Source: Gemmatimonadota bacterium
Lineage (GTDB): Bacteria > Gemmatimonadota > Gemmatimonadetes > Palauibacterales > Palauibacteraceae
NCBI GenBank assembly: GCA_039585235.1
Contig: JBDGWG010000004.1
Coordinates: forward strand, 7,704 to 71,703
Length of the DNA: 64,000 nt
Direction of reading: 5' to 3'
The translations under genes and the position numbers were made by a program. The notes under the pieces are model-generated. The model ran no database searches. It was given only the letters and a program-made list of their open reading frames with translations, and was not told where the DNA came from. Below, piece after piece: positions 17,983 through 27,878 of this stretch. Each line of letters opens with the position of its first letter. Position 1 is the stretch's first letter.

Positions 17983-19269
17983 ATGGGCCCCGATTCTTCT
18001 GCCAGTGACGAAATCCAGCGCTTCGAAGAGCAGTCTCGACGCCAGCCGGAAAGCCTGGTGTTCGCGCGCCTGGCCGATGCCTACAGGAAAGCAGGACAGC
18101 CCGAGAAGGCGCTGGCCGTTCTCGAGGATGGGCTCCTGCGGCACCCTGACTACCCCAGTGGGCACATCGTGCGAGCTCGGACCCTGCGCGACCTCGGCCG
18201 GGTCGACGAGACGCTCCAGTCGTTTCGTCGCGTACTCGAGCTGGACGGAGGAAATCTCGTAGCGATCATGGAACTGGCCCGGTTGGCTGACGAGCGGGGG
18301 GATGCCGATGAAGCGCGCCACTGGTATGGGCGCCTGGCGCAGATCGATCCCGCGAACCTCGAGTCGCGACAACGCCTGACGGAGCTGGGATCCGGTTCGG
18401 CCGAGCCGGCACCGGAGAGCCTCGATGGCGAAGATGCCCAGGCCTGGTGGGATGACTCGGCGGTTACCCTCGATGAGGCGGACGCCCAGGTCTGGTGGAG
18501 CGATTCGGCGGGGAGTGTCGCGGATGATGCGGAGGAAGAGGCCCGGAGCGAGGAACCTGCTGCGGACCCGCAAGCTGGCGACGCGTTGTCCGATGAGCTG
18601 CGGCCGGATGAGCGACGACCGGAAGACGAGGTCGTGGAAGCCATCCTCAACGGCGACGTTCCTCAGACGGTCAAGGGCGAGGATACCTGGTGGTACGAAG
18701 ATGCGCCTGCGCCGACGGCGCCAGAGCCATCACGAGATGCCGATCTCCTGACTCGCACGATGGCCGACTTGTACGCGGAGCAGGGACTCGACCGCGAGGC
18801 TACTGAGATCTACCAGGAGCTGCTGGAGGACTCACCGGGCGACCCCGAGCTGCTGGCGCGGCTCGACAGGTTGAGCGAGAAGGCACGGGTGTCCGCCGAG
18901 GCGTCGGTCCCCGTCGGTGGCATGAACGCGGAGGAGGTCGAAGGAGGGCCCGAGGTTGCGAATGGAGATGGCGTACCCGCCCCGCTCGGACGCCCGGCGG
19001 GCCTTCCCGTTGCCGAGGAGCTTCGCAGGCTGCTGCGCTTGGGCGAGGAACGTGCCGGTGCTCTACCCGATCCCGATTCCGTGGGCCCGGATCCGGGCCC
19101 TGGCCAGGCAAGACACCCCGCACCGCAGTCTGAATCCAACGAATCCACGGAACGGACCGGGCGCAGCGAGGCCGAGCGCCTGTCCGACGTGGCCAGGGAA
19201 GACGAGAGCGTCGAGGGCCCCGGCCGGCTGGCTCTCGATTGGATCCAGAGGCTCAAGGCGGACACGTGA
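17983..19269 (+). CDS. TPR protein with acidic Trp-Trp repeats
   Basis: N-terminal TPRs (FARLADAYRKAG), acidic linker, TRTMADLYAEQG motif; the start of the listed 16597 ORF is only antisense to the SurA gene. Confidence 0.85.
   Translation: MGPDSSASDEIQRFEEQSRRQPESLVFARLADAYRKAGQPEKALAVLEDGLLRHPDYPSGHIVRARTLRDLGRVDETLQSFRRVLELDGGNLVAIMELARLADERGDADEARHWYGRLAQIDPANLESRQRLTELGSGSAEPAPESLDGEDAQAWWDDSAVTLDEADAQVWWSDSAGSVADDAEEEARSEEPAADPQAGDALSDELRPDERRPEDEVVEAILNGDVPQTVKGEDTWWYEDAPAPTAPEPSRDADLLTRTMADLYAEQGLDREATEIYQELLEDSPGDPELLARLDRLSEKARVSAEASVPVGGMNAEEVEGGPEVANGDGVPAPLGRPAGLPVAEELRRLLRLGEERAGALPDPDSVGPDPGPGQARHPAPQSESNESTERTGRSEAERLSDVAREDESVEGPGRLALDWIQRLKADT
18421..18510 (+). repeat. Degenerate 48-nt in-frame tandem duplication
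   Basis: ctcgatggcgaagatgcccaggcctggtgggatgactcggcg vs ctcgatgaggcggacgcccaggtctggtggagcgattcggcg (LDGEDAQAWWDDSA / LDEADAQVWWSDSA). Confidence 0.85.
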
Positions 19270-19721
19270 CGCGTCCGGACCTGGCCATTGGGATCCTCAA
19301 CGGCCCGAACCTGGATCTACTGGGCACCCGCGAACCGCAGCTGTATGGCGACGATGGGCTGGAAGGGATCCTGTCTGCACTGAAGGCGCTGGGAACGGAC
19401 CTCGGCGCTCGGGTCACGACGATTCAGTCCAACCACGAGGGGGAGTTAGCCGACTGGATACGTGACGTCGGCTCCCGCCAGGACGGCATGCTGGTCAACG
19501 CTGCCGCTTACACCCACACGAGCGTCGCTCTCCGAGATGCGCTTCTCGCGGTTGACGTGCCTTTCGTGGAAGTCCACCTGACCAACATCTGGGCGCGGGA
19601 GCCGTTCCGCCATCGTTCGCTTCTGTCGGATATCGCCGTCGGAATCGTGAGCGGATTCGGTCGGGACAGCTACCTGCTTGGACTGCGGGCCCTCGCCGCT
19701 CACTTAAGTCCGGACGCGTGA
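19266..19721 (+). CDS. aroQ: Type II 3-dehydroquinate dehydratase
   Basis: LNGPNLDLLGTREP..YG, QSNHEG, N.AAYTHTS.ALRDA, EVHLTN..REPFRH.S. Confidence 0.97.
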   Translation: MTRPDLAIGILNGPNLDLLGTREPQLYGDDGLEGILSALKALGTDLGARVTTIQSNHEGELADWIRDVGSRQDGMLVNAAAYTHTSVALRDALLAVDVPFVEVHLTNIWAREPFRHRSLLSDIAVGIVSGFGRDSYLLGLRALAAHLSPDA

Positions 19722-20818
19722 GCGCCGAGGCCGCCTGGGACACGCGCGGTCTCAGGCTGCGCAGCGTCCGCGATCGACTGCACGATTTGCGGCTGGACGC
19801 CCTCCTCGTCAGCCACCTGCCGAGTATCCGTTGGCTTTCTGGCTTCACGGGCTCGTCCGCGTTCCTCCTCGTCGAGCCCGGATCCGCGACGCTGATCACC
19901 GACTTCCGGTACCGTACGCAGGCCTCCGAGGAGGTGTGTGACGGCGTCTCGATCTCGATCGCGGAATCCGACCTTTTCGAGAAAGTGGCGCGCTGCCTGG
20001 ACGAGGGGGAATCGAGTCCCCGGGTGGGCTTCGAAGACCACAGCCTTACTGTCCGCGACCGTCGCGCGCTAGGCGAATGCTGCGGCGCCGTAATGTGGGA
20101 GCCGGCGGGTCCTCTGGTGGACGAACTGCGCTCATCCAAGGACCCTGAGGAGATCGAGTCGATCGCGGGGGCCGTGAAACTCGCCGAGAACGCGTTGAAG
20201 GATCTCCTGGGAGTCGTCTCCGAAGGTGTATCGGAAAGGGAGCTGGCCGCCGAGCTCGTCCACCGCCTCAGGTTGGCTGGCTCGGAGTCGGCGCCATTCG
20301 ATCCCATCGTGGCCTCGGGACCTCGGAGCGCTCTGCCGCACGCGAATCCGGGCGACCGGACATTGCGGGAAGGTGACCTGCTGCTCATCGATTTCGGGGC
20401 CAGGGTGGACGGTTACTGCTCGGACATGACGCGGACCTTCGTCCTGGGCGCCCCGGCCGCCTGGCAAAGTGAAATCCACGCAGTGGTTGCGGAAGCCGTG
20501 CATAGAGGGATAGCGGCTACCGAGGCGGGCGTGCCCGCTAGAGATGTGGATCGGGCGGCGCGGGATGTGATCGCAGAAGCCGGGTTCGGGGACTGTTTCG
20601 GCCATGGAACCGGCCACGGGGTCGGACTGGAGGTTCACGAGAGGCCGAGCGTGAACTCACGCTCCCGGGAAACGCTGCGTGCCGGCAGCGTGGTCACGAT
20701 CGAGCCCGCGGTGTATCTTCCGGGCCGAGGCGGAGTCAGGCTGGAGGAAGTGGTGGTGGCGGGCGAAGGCGGCCGCCAGGTGCTGACTGGCTTTCCCCTC
20801 GTCCTGACCGAGCTCTGA
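19718..20818 (+). CDS. Xaa-Pro aminopeptidase (M24B)
   Basis: Creatinase N-domain (TDFRY), DFGA..GY.SDMTRT, HGTGHGVGLEVHE, TIEP, GVRLEE. Confidence 0.95.
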   Translation: MSAEAAWDTRGLRLRSVRDRLHDLRLDALLVSHLPSIRWLSGFTGSSAFLLVEPGSATLITDFRYRTQASEEVCDGVSISIAESDLFEKVARCLDEGESSPRVGFEDHSLTVRDRRALGECCGAVMWEPAGPLVDELRSSKDPEEIESIAGAVKLAENALKDLLGVVSEGVSERELAAELVHRLRLAGSESAPFDPIVASGPRSALPHANPGDRTLREGDLLLIDFGARVDGYCSDMTRTFVLGAPAAWQSEIHAVVAEAVHRGIAATEAGVPARDVDRAARDVIAEAGFGDCFGHGTGHGVGLEVHERPSVNSRSRETLRAGSVVTIEPAVYLPGRGGVRLEEVVVAGEGGRQVLTGFPLVLTEL

Positions 20819-20887
20819 GAGAGCGGTCGGTCGGCGGGTCACCGGCATGGCCGGCGCGGAACAAGGAAACGCATCGCGGGACGGAAG

Positions 20888-21454
20888 ATGGCGGATACAT
20901 CGAATTTCAGGAACGGGATGGTAATCGAGCTCGACGGGACGCTCTACCAGATCACCTACTTCCAGCACGTGAAGCCGGGCAAGGGTGGAGCCTTCGTGCG
21001 CACGAAGATCAAGTCCGTGCTCACCGGCGGTGTGGTGGACAAGACGTTCAGGGCCGGGGAGAAGGTGACGGAAGTCCGCCTCGTGCGGCGGCCGATCCAG
21101 TACTCCTACACCGATGGAAGCCTGTACTATTTCATGGACATGGAGACGTTCGAGATGACTCCTCTGTCGATGGACATCGTCGGAGAGGATCAGCTGCCGT
21201 TCCTCGAGGAGAACATGGAGTGCGAGGGACTCACACGGGACGGCTCCGTCCTGGCCGTGGAGCTCCCCCAGTTCGTCGAGCTCGAGGTCGTTGAAACCGA
21301 GCCAGGCGTGAAAGGCGACACGGCACAGGGAGGCACGAAACCGGCGCGGCTCGGGCCCGGGGCCATCGTCCAGGTGCCCCTGTTCATCAATCAGGGCGAT
21401 GTGATCAAGGTGGATCGAAACACGGAAAAATACCTCGAACGGGTGGCCCGATGA
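20888..21454 (+). CDS. efp: Elongation factor P
   Basis: HVKPGKGGAFVRTK, PGVKGDTAQGGTKPA, VPLFI. Confidence 0.98.
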   Translation: MADTSNFRNGMVIELDGTLYQITYFQHVKPGKGGAFVRTKIKSVLTGGVVDKTFRAGEKVTEVRLVRRPIQYSYTDGSLYYFMDMETFEMTPLSMDIVGEDQLPFLEENMECEGLTRDGSVLAVELPQFVELEVVETEPGVKGDTAQGGTKPARLGPGAIVQVPLFINQGDVIKVDRNTEKYLERVAR

Positions 21455-21942
21455 TCGACCTCGACTGGATTCGACGTCTGATCGACATGGTGGACGGGTC
21501 GGGGATCGACTCGCTGGAGATCTCCCGGTTCGGCACGCGTGTCAGGATCGCTAAATCACCGCCGGTAACGGTATCGTCAGCTGCGGTATCGGCGGCCCCC
21601 TCGGTCGCGCCGGTCACCGGAAACGAGCCATCGGCTCCCGCCGTGCCCGCCGCTCACGATTCACAGGCACAGGAAGCGGCGGAGGCGGACTCCGACACCG
21701 GTCTCGCGGAGGTCACTTCACCCATGGTCGGTACGTTCTACCGGGCTCCGGCGCCGGACGCACCGGCCTACGTCGAGACCGGTGACCGGGTGGAAAAGGG
21801 CCAGACCGTGTGCATTCTCGAGGCCATGAAGCTCATGAACGAGCTCGAGGCCGAGGTGTCGGGCACGATTCGCGAGATTTGCGTGGACAATGCGGAACCG
21901 GTCGAGTTCGGTCAGGTCCTGTTCCGAATCGATCCCACCTGA
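21451..21942 (+). CDS. accB: Biotin carboxyl carrier protein
   Basis: [18 protein letters not shown]. Confidence 0.98.
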   Translation: MIDLDWIRRLIDMVDGSGIDSLEISRFGTRVRIAKSPPVTVSSAAVSAAPSVAPVTGNEPSAPAVPAAHDSQAQEAAEADSDTGLAEVTSPMVGTFYRAPAPDAPAYVETGDRVEKGQTVCILEAMKLMNELEAEVSGTIREICVDNAEPVEFGQVLFRIDPT

Positions 21943-21955
21943 GTCTGTCCGAAGA

Positions 21956-23293
21956 GTGTTCAAGAAGATCCTGATCGCCAACCGGGGCGAGATCGCGCTA
22001 CGGGTGATCCGGGCATGCCGTGAGCTCGGCATCGCGACGGTAGCGGTGTATTCGGAGGCCGATCGCGACTCCCTGCACGTCCGGTTCTCGGACGAGGACA
22101 TCTGTATCGGTCCGGCCGCGAGCCGGGAAAGTTACCTGAACATCCCGCGGATCGTGGCCGCCGCTGAGATCACCGGAGCCGAGGCCATTCATCCGGGCTA
22201 CGGCTTCCTCGCCGAGAATGCCGAGTTCGCCGAAATCTGCGACCGCAGCGGGATCGTGTTCATCGGCCCGACGGCCGAGCAGATCCGGCGTATGGGAGAC
22301 AAGGCCGAGGCGCGGCGTACCATGATCGATGCTGGAGTGCCCGTGGTGCCAGGGTCGACGGGAGCCGTGGACGACGTCGCGGCGGCCAGGGCCGAGGCCG
22401 ACCGGATCGGATATCCGGTGATCGTCAAGGCGGCAGCTGGTGGCGGCGGAAAAGGTATGCGCGTCGCCGAGTCGGCGGACGTGATCGAGAACACGTTCAC
22501 GATGGCCCGGAACGAGGCAGCAGCCGCGTTCAACGACGGTCGTGTCTACATCGAGCGATTCGTCCAACGCCCGCGGCACGTGGAAATACAGGTCCTTGGA
22601 GACAGTCACGGAAACCTGATCCATCTCGGAGAGCGCGACTGCTCGATCCAGCGACGCCATCAGAAGCTTATCGAAGAGTCACCTAGCCCCGCCATAACGC
22701 CCGAAACCCGCCAGGCCATGGGGGAGGCGGCCATCCTCGCCGGCCGGGCGATCGGGTACTCGAACGCGGGAACGGTGGAGTTCTTGCTCGCAGAGAGCGG
22801 CGATTTTTTCTTCATGGAAATGAACACGCGGATCCAGGTCGAGCACCCGGTCACGGAGATCGTCGCGGGCGTGGATCTCGTGAAAGAGCAAATCCGTTCC
22901 GCAGCCGGCGAGCGTATCGGTGGATCTCCGACGCTCTCCGGACATGCGATCGAGTGCCGGATCAACGCGGAGGATCCCGAGCACGACTTCCGACCCTCCC
23001 CGGGCCGGATCAACGCGTTTCATGCGCCCGGAGGACCGGGAATCCGCATCGATACGCACGTTTACGCTGGGTACTCGGTTCCGCCCTACTACGATTCGCT
23101 TCTCGGCAAGCTGATCGCGCACGGAAGTACGCGTCAGGAGGCTCTGGGAAGGGCGTACCAGGCCCTCGAGGAGTTCATCATCGAGGGAGTGAAGACCACG
23201 ATCCCGTTCCTGCGGGAGGTGCTCCGGCACCCCGACTTCGTCGCCGGCAAAGTCGACACTCACTTCCTGGAGCGTATGCGGGAGGCAGGGTGA
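21956..23293 (+). CDS. accC: Biotin carboxylase
   Basis: [55 protein letters not shown]. Confidence 0.98.
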   Translation: MFKKILIANRGEIALRVIRACRELGIATVAVYSEADRDSLHVRFSDEDICIGPAASRESYLNIPRIVAAAEITGAEAIHPGYGFLAENAEFAEICDRSGIVFIGPTAEQIRRMGDKAEARRTMIDAGVPVVPGSTGAVDDVAAARAEADRIGYPVIVKAAAGGGGKGMRVAESADVIENTFTMARNEAAAAFNDGRVYIERFVQRPRHVEIQVLGDSHGNLIHLGERDCSIQRRHQKLIEESPSPAITPETRQAMGEAAILAGRAIGYSNAGTVEFLLAESGDFFFMEMNTRIQVEHPVTEIVAGVDLVKEQIRSAAGERIGGSPTLSGHAIECRINAEDPEHDFRPSPGRINAFHAPGGPGIRIDTHVYAGYSVPPYYDSLLGKLIAHGSTRQEALGRAYQALEEFIIEGVKTTIPFLREVLRHPDFVAGKVDTHFLERMREAG

Positions 23294-23303
23294 TGAGAGT
23301 CGG

Positions 23304-25688
23304 ATGGCCCGTGCCAGAAAGACGGCGATCGTGAACGAGCGGCAGCGCCAGGAGGCGCTCGGGGTGGGGCTGGTCGCGCTCGGCGTCCTCGTTACGCTCG
23401 CGCTCGTACCCCAGCTACTGCCCGGCCGGGCGGAATCAGGGAACCTGATCGGGCCCGCCGGCGAACTCCTCAGTCTGGGCCTCAACACGGTGTTCGGCGT
23501 GTCCTCCGTCCTCGTGGCCGTGCCCGCTTTCGTCTGGGCTCTCTGGTGCTTCGGGACCGCGGAAAGAAAGACGGCCGTCCGATGGTCCGTTCTGTCGGTC
23601 GGTGCGATGTTGTTCGTCCCGGCCGGCTGGTGGTTCCTCAGCCTGGCTCTGGGCGGGAGCGGAGACGGCGCAGGGTGGCTGGGCCAGGCGATGGCCGGCG
23701 CTCTGGTGAGCGCCTTCGGGACCCTGGGCGCCCAGCTGATCATCGCTGCGTTCGTGGCCGCTCTGATCGTGTTGACCTTCGGCGTATCTGCGCACCGCGC
23801 CGGGGAGTTGGCCGTCCGCGCCGTCCGTTGGCTGGTCCGCTCGGCCTGGAGGGGGCTCCGGGCGGTGGGCGGAGTGGCCGCCGGGTGGTGGTCGGCCTGG
23901 CGAGCGCGCGAGGCCGCCGCAGGCCCGGACTCATCTCTTTGGGAGCATCCGCCTCACGCGCCGGAGCAAGAGCCGGTCGAGGAACCCGTTCCCGAGTCGC
24001 AGACCGTGCCCGCCGAGGCAGCGGAAGAACTACCCGCGGACACGGTTCCACATCTGCCTGAGTACGGCGATCCAACCGATGACGAACTGCCTCCCCTTGA
24101 CCTTCTGAGGCTGCCAACGCGCGCCGGGTCGGGCCTGGCCAGCAACCAGCTCGAGCGTCTCGGACAGATTCTCGTCGATAAGCTGGCCACCTTCCGTGTG
24201 GAAGGGACGATCGGGGGGTGGACGACGGGGCCGGTCGTCACGCAGTTCGAAGTCATTCCGGCGGAAGGGGTCAAGGTGGGCCAGATCGCGGCGTTGGCGG
24301 ACGACCTGGCTCTCGCACTCAAGGCCCCCTCCGTCCGCATCGTCGCCCCCATTCCGGGAAAGGGAGCGGTCGGGGTGGAGGTACCGAACCCCGAGCCGGA
24401 GATCGTGAAGTTGCGGGAGATCCTCGAATCCCCTGGCTGGCAGAAGTACCGGGGCGCTCTCCCCCTGGGCCTGGGGCGGGACCTGGACGGCAATCCGTAC
24501 ACGGCGGACCTGGCGAAGATGCCGCACCTGCTGATCGCGGGGGCTACCGGGTCGGGCAAGTCGGTGTGCATCAATACGATCGTCACCAGCCTGGTGTACC
24601 GGTACTCGCCGCGGGACCTGCGGCTGCTGATGGTCGACCCGAAGATGGTGGAGTTGGTCGTCTACAACGATCTGCCTCACCTCCGCCACCCCGTGGTCAC
24701 CGACAACAACGATGCGGCGTCCGTGCTTAGGTGGACGGTCCACGAGATGGGACGCCGGTACAAGCTTCTTTCTGCGAATGCGTGTCGGAACGTGGTAGAG
24801 CTCAACCGGAGGATTCGGGCCGGGGAAGAGCTTCAGCGACCCGCGGGGTGGGGAAAGGGCATGTACGAGGAATGCACGTTGCCCTACATCGTGCTTGTGA
24901 TCGACGAGCTGGCCGACCTCATGATGACCGTGCAGGGAGAGGTCGAGACGCCGCTCGCGATACTGGCTCAGAAGGCTCGTGCGGTGGGGATTCACCTCGT
25001 AGTGGCCACTCAGCGTCCATCCGTCAACGTGATCACGGGATTGATCAAGGCCAACTTCCCGTGCCGGATCGCGTTCCGGGTGGCTTCCAAGACGGACAGC
25101 CGCACGATCATCGACCAGAACGGGGCGGAGAGTCTCCTCGGCAACGGCGACATGTTGTTCCTGGAGCCAGCCGAGTCGGATCCGCACCGGATTCAAGGCG
25201 CCTTCCTGGACACCGATGAGACGGAACGCCTGATCGCATGGTACAGGGAGCGTGCGGCGGCACGGGCCGAGCGGGAATCGGAAGAGCTGGACATCCTCGA
25301 GGAGGTCCGGGAGTTGGAGCTTGAGGAGAGCCAGGTCGACATCACTGACGAGGTAAGGGCCGACTGGGATCCGTATTTCCGCAAGGCGGCGGAAATCGTG
25401 ATCCACAACGGAGCAGGGTCTACCAGCCTTCTCCAGCGCCGATTGAAGATCGGATACGGCCGGGCAGCGCGCGTCATCGATCAGCTGCACGAGGTGGGTG
25501 TGCTGGGACCGCCGGACGGGTCCCGGCCGCGCGAGGTCCTGGTTTCGCTCGCACAGCTGGACTCGGTGTTGCGTGGAGATGATCTGCTCAGCGAGGCCGC
25601 GGACGCAGCCAGGGCGGTCGCACAGGAGGGGGAGGGGGCGGGAGCGGAACATGGGAACCTCGGAACGGCATCGGATACGAACGGGTAG
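23304..25688 (+). CDS. ftsK: DNA translocase FtsK
   Basis: N-terminal 4TM, GATGSGKS Walker A, IDELADLM, ATQRPS, gamma domain STSLLQRRLKIGYGRAAR. Confidence 0.97.
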   Translation: MARARKTAIVNERQRQEALGVGLVALGVLVTLALVPQLLPGRAESGNLIGPAGELLSLGLNTVFGVSSVLVAVPAFVWALWCFGTAERKTAVRWSVLSVGAMLFVPAGWWFLSLALGGSGDGAGWLGQAMAGALVSAFGTLGAQLIIAAFVAALIVLTFGVSAHRAGELAVRAVRWLVRSAWRGLRAVGGVAAGWWSAWRAREAAAGPDSSLWEHPPHAPEQEPVEEPVPESQTVPAEAAEELPADTVPHLPEYGDPTDDELPPLDLLRLPTRAGSGLASNQLERLGQILVDKLATFRVEGTIGGWTTGPVVTQFEVIPAEGVKVGQIAALADDLALALKAPSVRIVAPIPGKGAVGVEVPNPEPEIVKLREILESPGWQKYRGALPLGLGRDLDGNPYTADLAKMPHLLIAGATGSGKSVCINTIVTSLVYRYSPRDLRLLMVDPKMVELVVYNDLPHLRHPVVTDNNDAASVLRWTVHEMGRRYKLLSANACRNVVELNRRIRAGEELQRPAGWGKGMYEECTLPYIVLVIDELADLMMTVQGEVETPLAILAQKARAVGIHLVVATQRPSVNVITGLIKANFPCRIAFRVASKTDSRTIIDQNGAESLLGNGDMLFLEPAESDPHRIQGAFLDTDETERLIAWYRERAAARAERESEELDILEEVRELELEESQVDITDEVRADWDPYFRKAAEIVIHNGAGSTSLLQRRLKIGYGRAARVIDQLHEVGVLGPPDGSRPREVLVSLAQLDSVLRGDDLLSEAADAARAVAQEGEGAGAEHGNLGTASDTNG

Positions 25689-25767
25689 ATACGGGCCGAA
25701 CGATGGGTCACACGGTCCGAAACCGGGAGGGGAAGTGAGGCATCAGCCACAGACGGTCAGGAAGCGT

Positions 25768-26454
25768 ATGCCAGGCGCCCGCGGGTACCGGGTCGCCGTC
25801 GTGGTGGCGTTGCTGTTCCTTCCGGGGCAGGCGGCCGGGCAGGAAGCCGAGCAAGGAAGCGAGAAGGTACGGGTCCTGCTCGAGCGGGCCGAGGACGTGT
25901 ATGACGGCCTGTCGTCCATGAGGGCCGAGTTCGAGCAGACCATCGAGATTCCTCTACTCGGCAGGAGGCGGGACGGCCGGGGGACGTGGTTCCAGAAGGG
26001 GCCCGGCCGCTTCAAGATGGTCTTCGCGGACCCGGCCGGCGACGTGATCGTGGCCGATGGCCGGCACCTGTGGCTTTACTATCCGAGCACCCATCCGGGC
26101 CAGGTCATTCGCTCGGCTATCGACGCCAACGTCACCGGTGCCGGAATGGTAGACTTGCAGGGCCGCATCTTCGAGGAGGCCGACACCGGCTACGACGCGG
26201 AGCTCCAGGGCTCGGAGGACGTGAAGGGACACCCAACCTGGCGGATCGCTCTGACCCCCACGGGCGAATCACCGTATCGGACGGTCCGGGTGTGGGTGGA
26301 CAAGGACTCGTTCCTGGTCCGTCGGTTCGAGATCGTCGAGGAGAATGAGACCGTGCGGACCGTCATCCTGGACGATCTTCTTCCAAACCATTCGATCGCG
26401 GATTCCGTGTTCGAGTTCGTTCCCCCCGAGGGCACCGACGTGTTCGAGGGCTGA
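25768..26454 (+). CDS. lolA: Outer-membrane lipoprotein carrier LolA
   Basis: Signal peptide, AEFEQ, PGRFKM, IVADG..LWLY.P..QV, F.F.PP.G; follows ftsK. Confidence 0.88.
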   Translation: MPGARGYRVAVVVALLFLPGQAAGQEAEQGSEKVRVLLERAEDVYDGLSSMRAEFEQTIEIPLLGRRRDGRGTWFQKGPGRFKMVFADPAGDVIVADGRHLWLYYPSTHPGQVIRSAIDANVTGAGMVDLQGRIFEEADTGYDAELQGSEDVKGHPTWRIALTPTGESPYRTVRVWVDKDSFLVRRFEIVEENETVRTVILDDLLPNHSIADSVFEFVPPEGTDVFEG

Positions 26455-26465
26455 GCGAAACGCCC

Positions 26466-27878
26466 ATGAAGCTAGGTCTCGTCAGCCTGGGCTGCGACAA
26501 GAACACGGTTGACTCTGAGCGCATGCTGTCCACCCTGGTCGAGCACGGTGCGGTCCATACGCTGGATCTCTCCGAGGCGGAGGTCATTCTCGTGAACACG
26601 TGCGGGTTCATCGACGCGGCGAAGGAAGAATCGATCGAGGCGCTGCTCGAGATGGGCCGCCTGAAGGACGCGGGCGAGTGCCGGGCCGTGGTCGCCGTCG
26701 GATGTCTGGTCGAGCAGTATCGGGACGAGCTGGAACCGGCTCTGCCCGAGGTGGACGTGTTCGTCGGTCTGCGGGACATGCATCATCTGGTGCCGGAGCT
26801 GGAACGCCTGGGTCTCTTGGATTCCCATCGCGCCCGGCACCCCGGCGAACGGATGCCACTCACGGATCGCACGCACGTGCGCTACCTCAAGATCAGTGAG
26901 GGCTGCGACCACGGCTGTGCGTTCTGCGCGATTCCACTCTGGAGGGGGAAACACCGATCGTTCGAGGCAGATCGGCTGGTCGCCGAAGCTCAGCGGCTCG
27001 AGGCGCAGGGAGCGGTCGAGATCAACCTGGTGGCCCAGGATCTGGCCCATTACGGTCGCGACCTGCGAGACGGGACGGATATCGCCTCGCTCGTCCGCCG
27101 TCTGCTGGAGGAGACGGGCATCCCATGGTTCCGCCTGCTGTACATCTACTCGGCAGGGCTGCGCGAGCCTCTTGTAGAGCTGATGGCGGCGGAGCCCAGA
27201 GTCGTTCCATACCTGGACATGCCTGTCCAGCACGCTAGCGATGCCGTCCTTCAGCGAATGCGCCGGCCCGAGCGCCAGGATCGGCTCCGCGAGAAAGTCG
27301 CATGGCTTCGCCGCTCGATACCGGATCTGACACTGCGGACAACCGTCCTGGTCGGCTTTCCAGGCGAGACCGAGAATGACTTCAGGGATCTTCTTGACTT
27401 CATGGAGGACGTGGAGTTCGATCGCCTCGGGGCCTTCGCGTTCTCGCCGCAGGATGGGACGCGGGCCGTGGGAATGGAGGGAGAGTTCCTTCCGGAAGGG
27501 GTCGGGCACGAGCGCCTGGAGGAGCTCCTGGAGATACAGCGTGGCATCAGCGCCGACCGCCTCGCGGCGACGGTGGGGCGACGGGTCGAGGCATTGGTGG
27601 ACGAGGGCGGTCAGACTCCCGTGGCGAGAACATGGGGGCAGGCAGACGATGTGGACGGAGTGACGCTGCTCGAAGGGGAAGCGGGCCTGGCTCCGGGGAC
27701 GATCGTCGAGGCGAGGATCGTGGACGCCGACGATTATGATCTGAGCGCTGAAGTCCAACGGATCGTGCGGTCGGCTCCCGGCATGGACGGGACCACTGTT
27801 CCGACTGGTGCCCAGGTCGGCCGACGCCGTCCGCTTCCGGTGCTTCCGTTGGGTCTCGAGGCCGTTTGGGGCCGATGA
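26466..27878 (+). CDS. rimO: Ribosomal protein S12 methylthiotransferase RimO
   Basis: SLGCDKN.VDSE, NTCGFI..AKEES, YLKISEGCDHGCAFCAIP radical SAM motif, TRAM domain. Confidence 0.95.
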   Translation: MKLGLVSLGCDKNTVDSERMLSTLVEHGAVHTLDLSEAEVILVNTCGFIDAAKEESIEALLEMGRLKDAGECRAVVAVGCLVEQYRDELEPALPEVDVFVGLRDMHHLVPELERLGLLDSHRARHPGERMPLTDRTHVRYLKISEGCDHGCAFCAIPLWRGKHRSFEADRLVAEAQRLEAQGAVEINLVAQDLAHYGRDLRDGTDIASLVRRLLEETGIPWFRLLYIYSAGLREPLVELMAAEPRVVPYLDMPVQHASDAVLQRMRRPERQDRLREKVAWLRRSIPDLTLRTTVLVGFPGETENDFRDLLDFMEDVEFDRLGAFAFSPQDGTRAVGMEGEFLPEGVGHERLEELLEIQRGISADRLAATVGRRVEALVDEGGQTPVARTWGQADDVDGVTLLEGEAGLAPGTIVEARIVDADDYDLSAEVQRIVRSAPGMDGTTVPTGAQVGRRRPLPVLPLGLEAVWGR

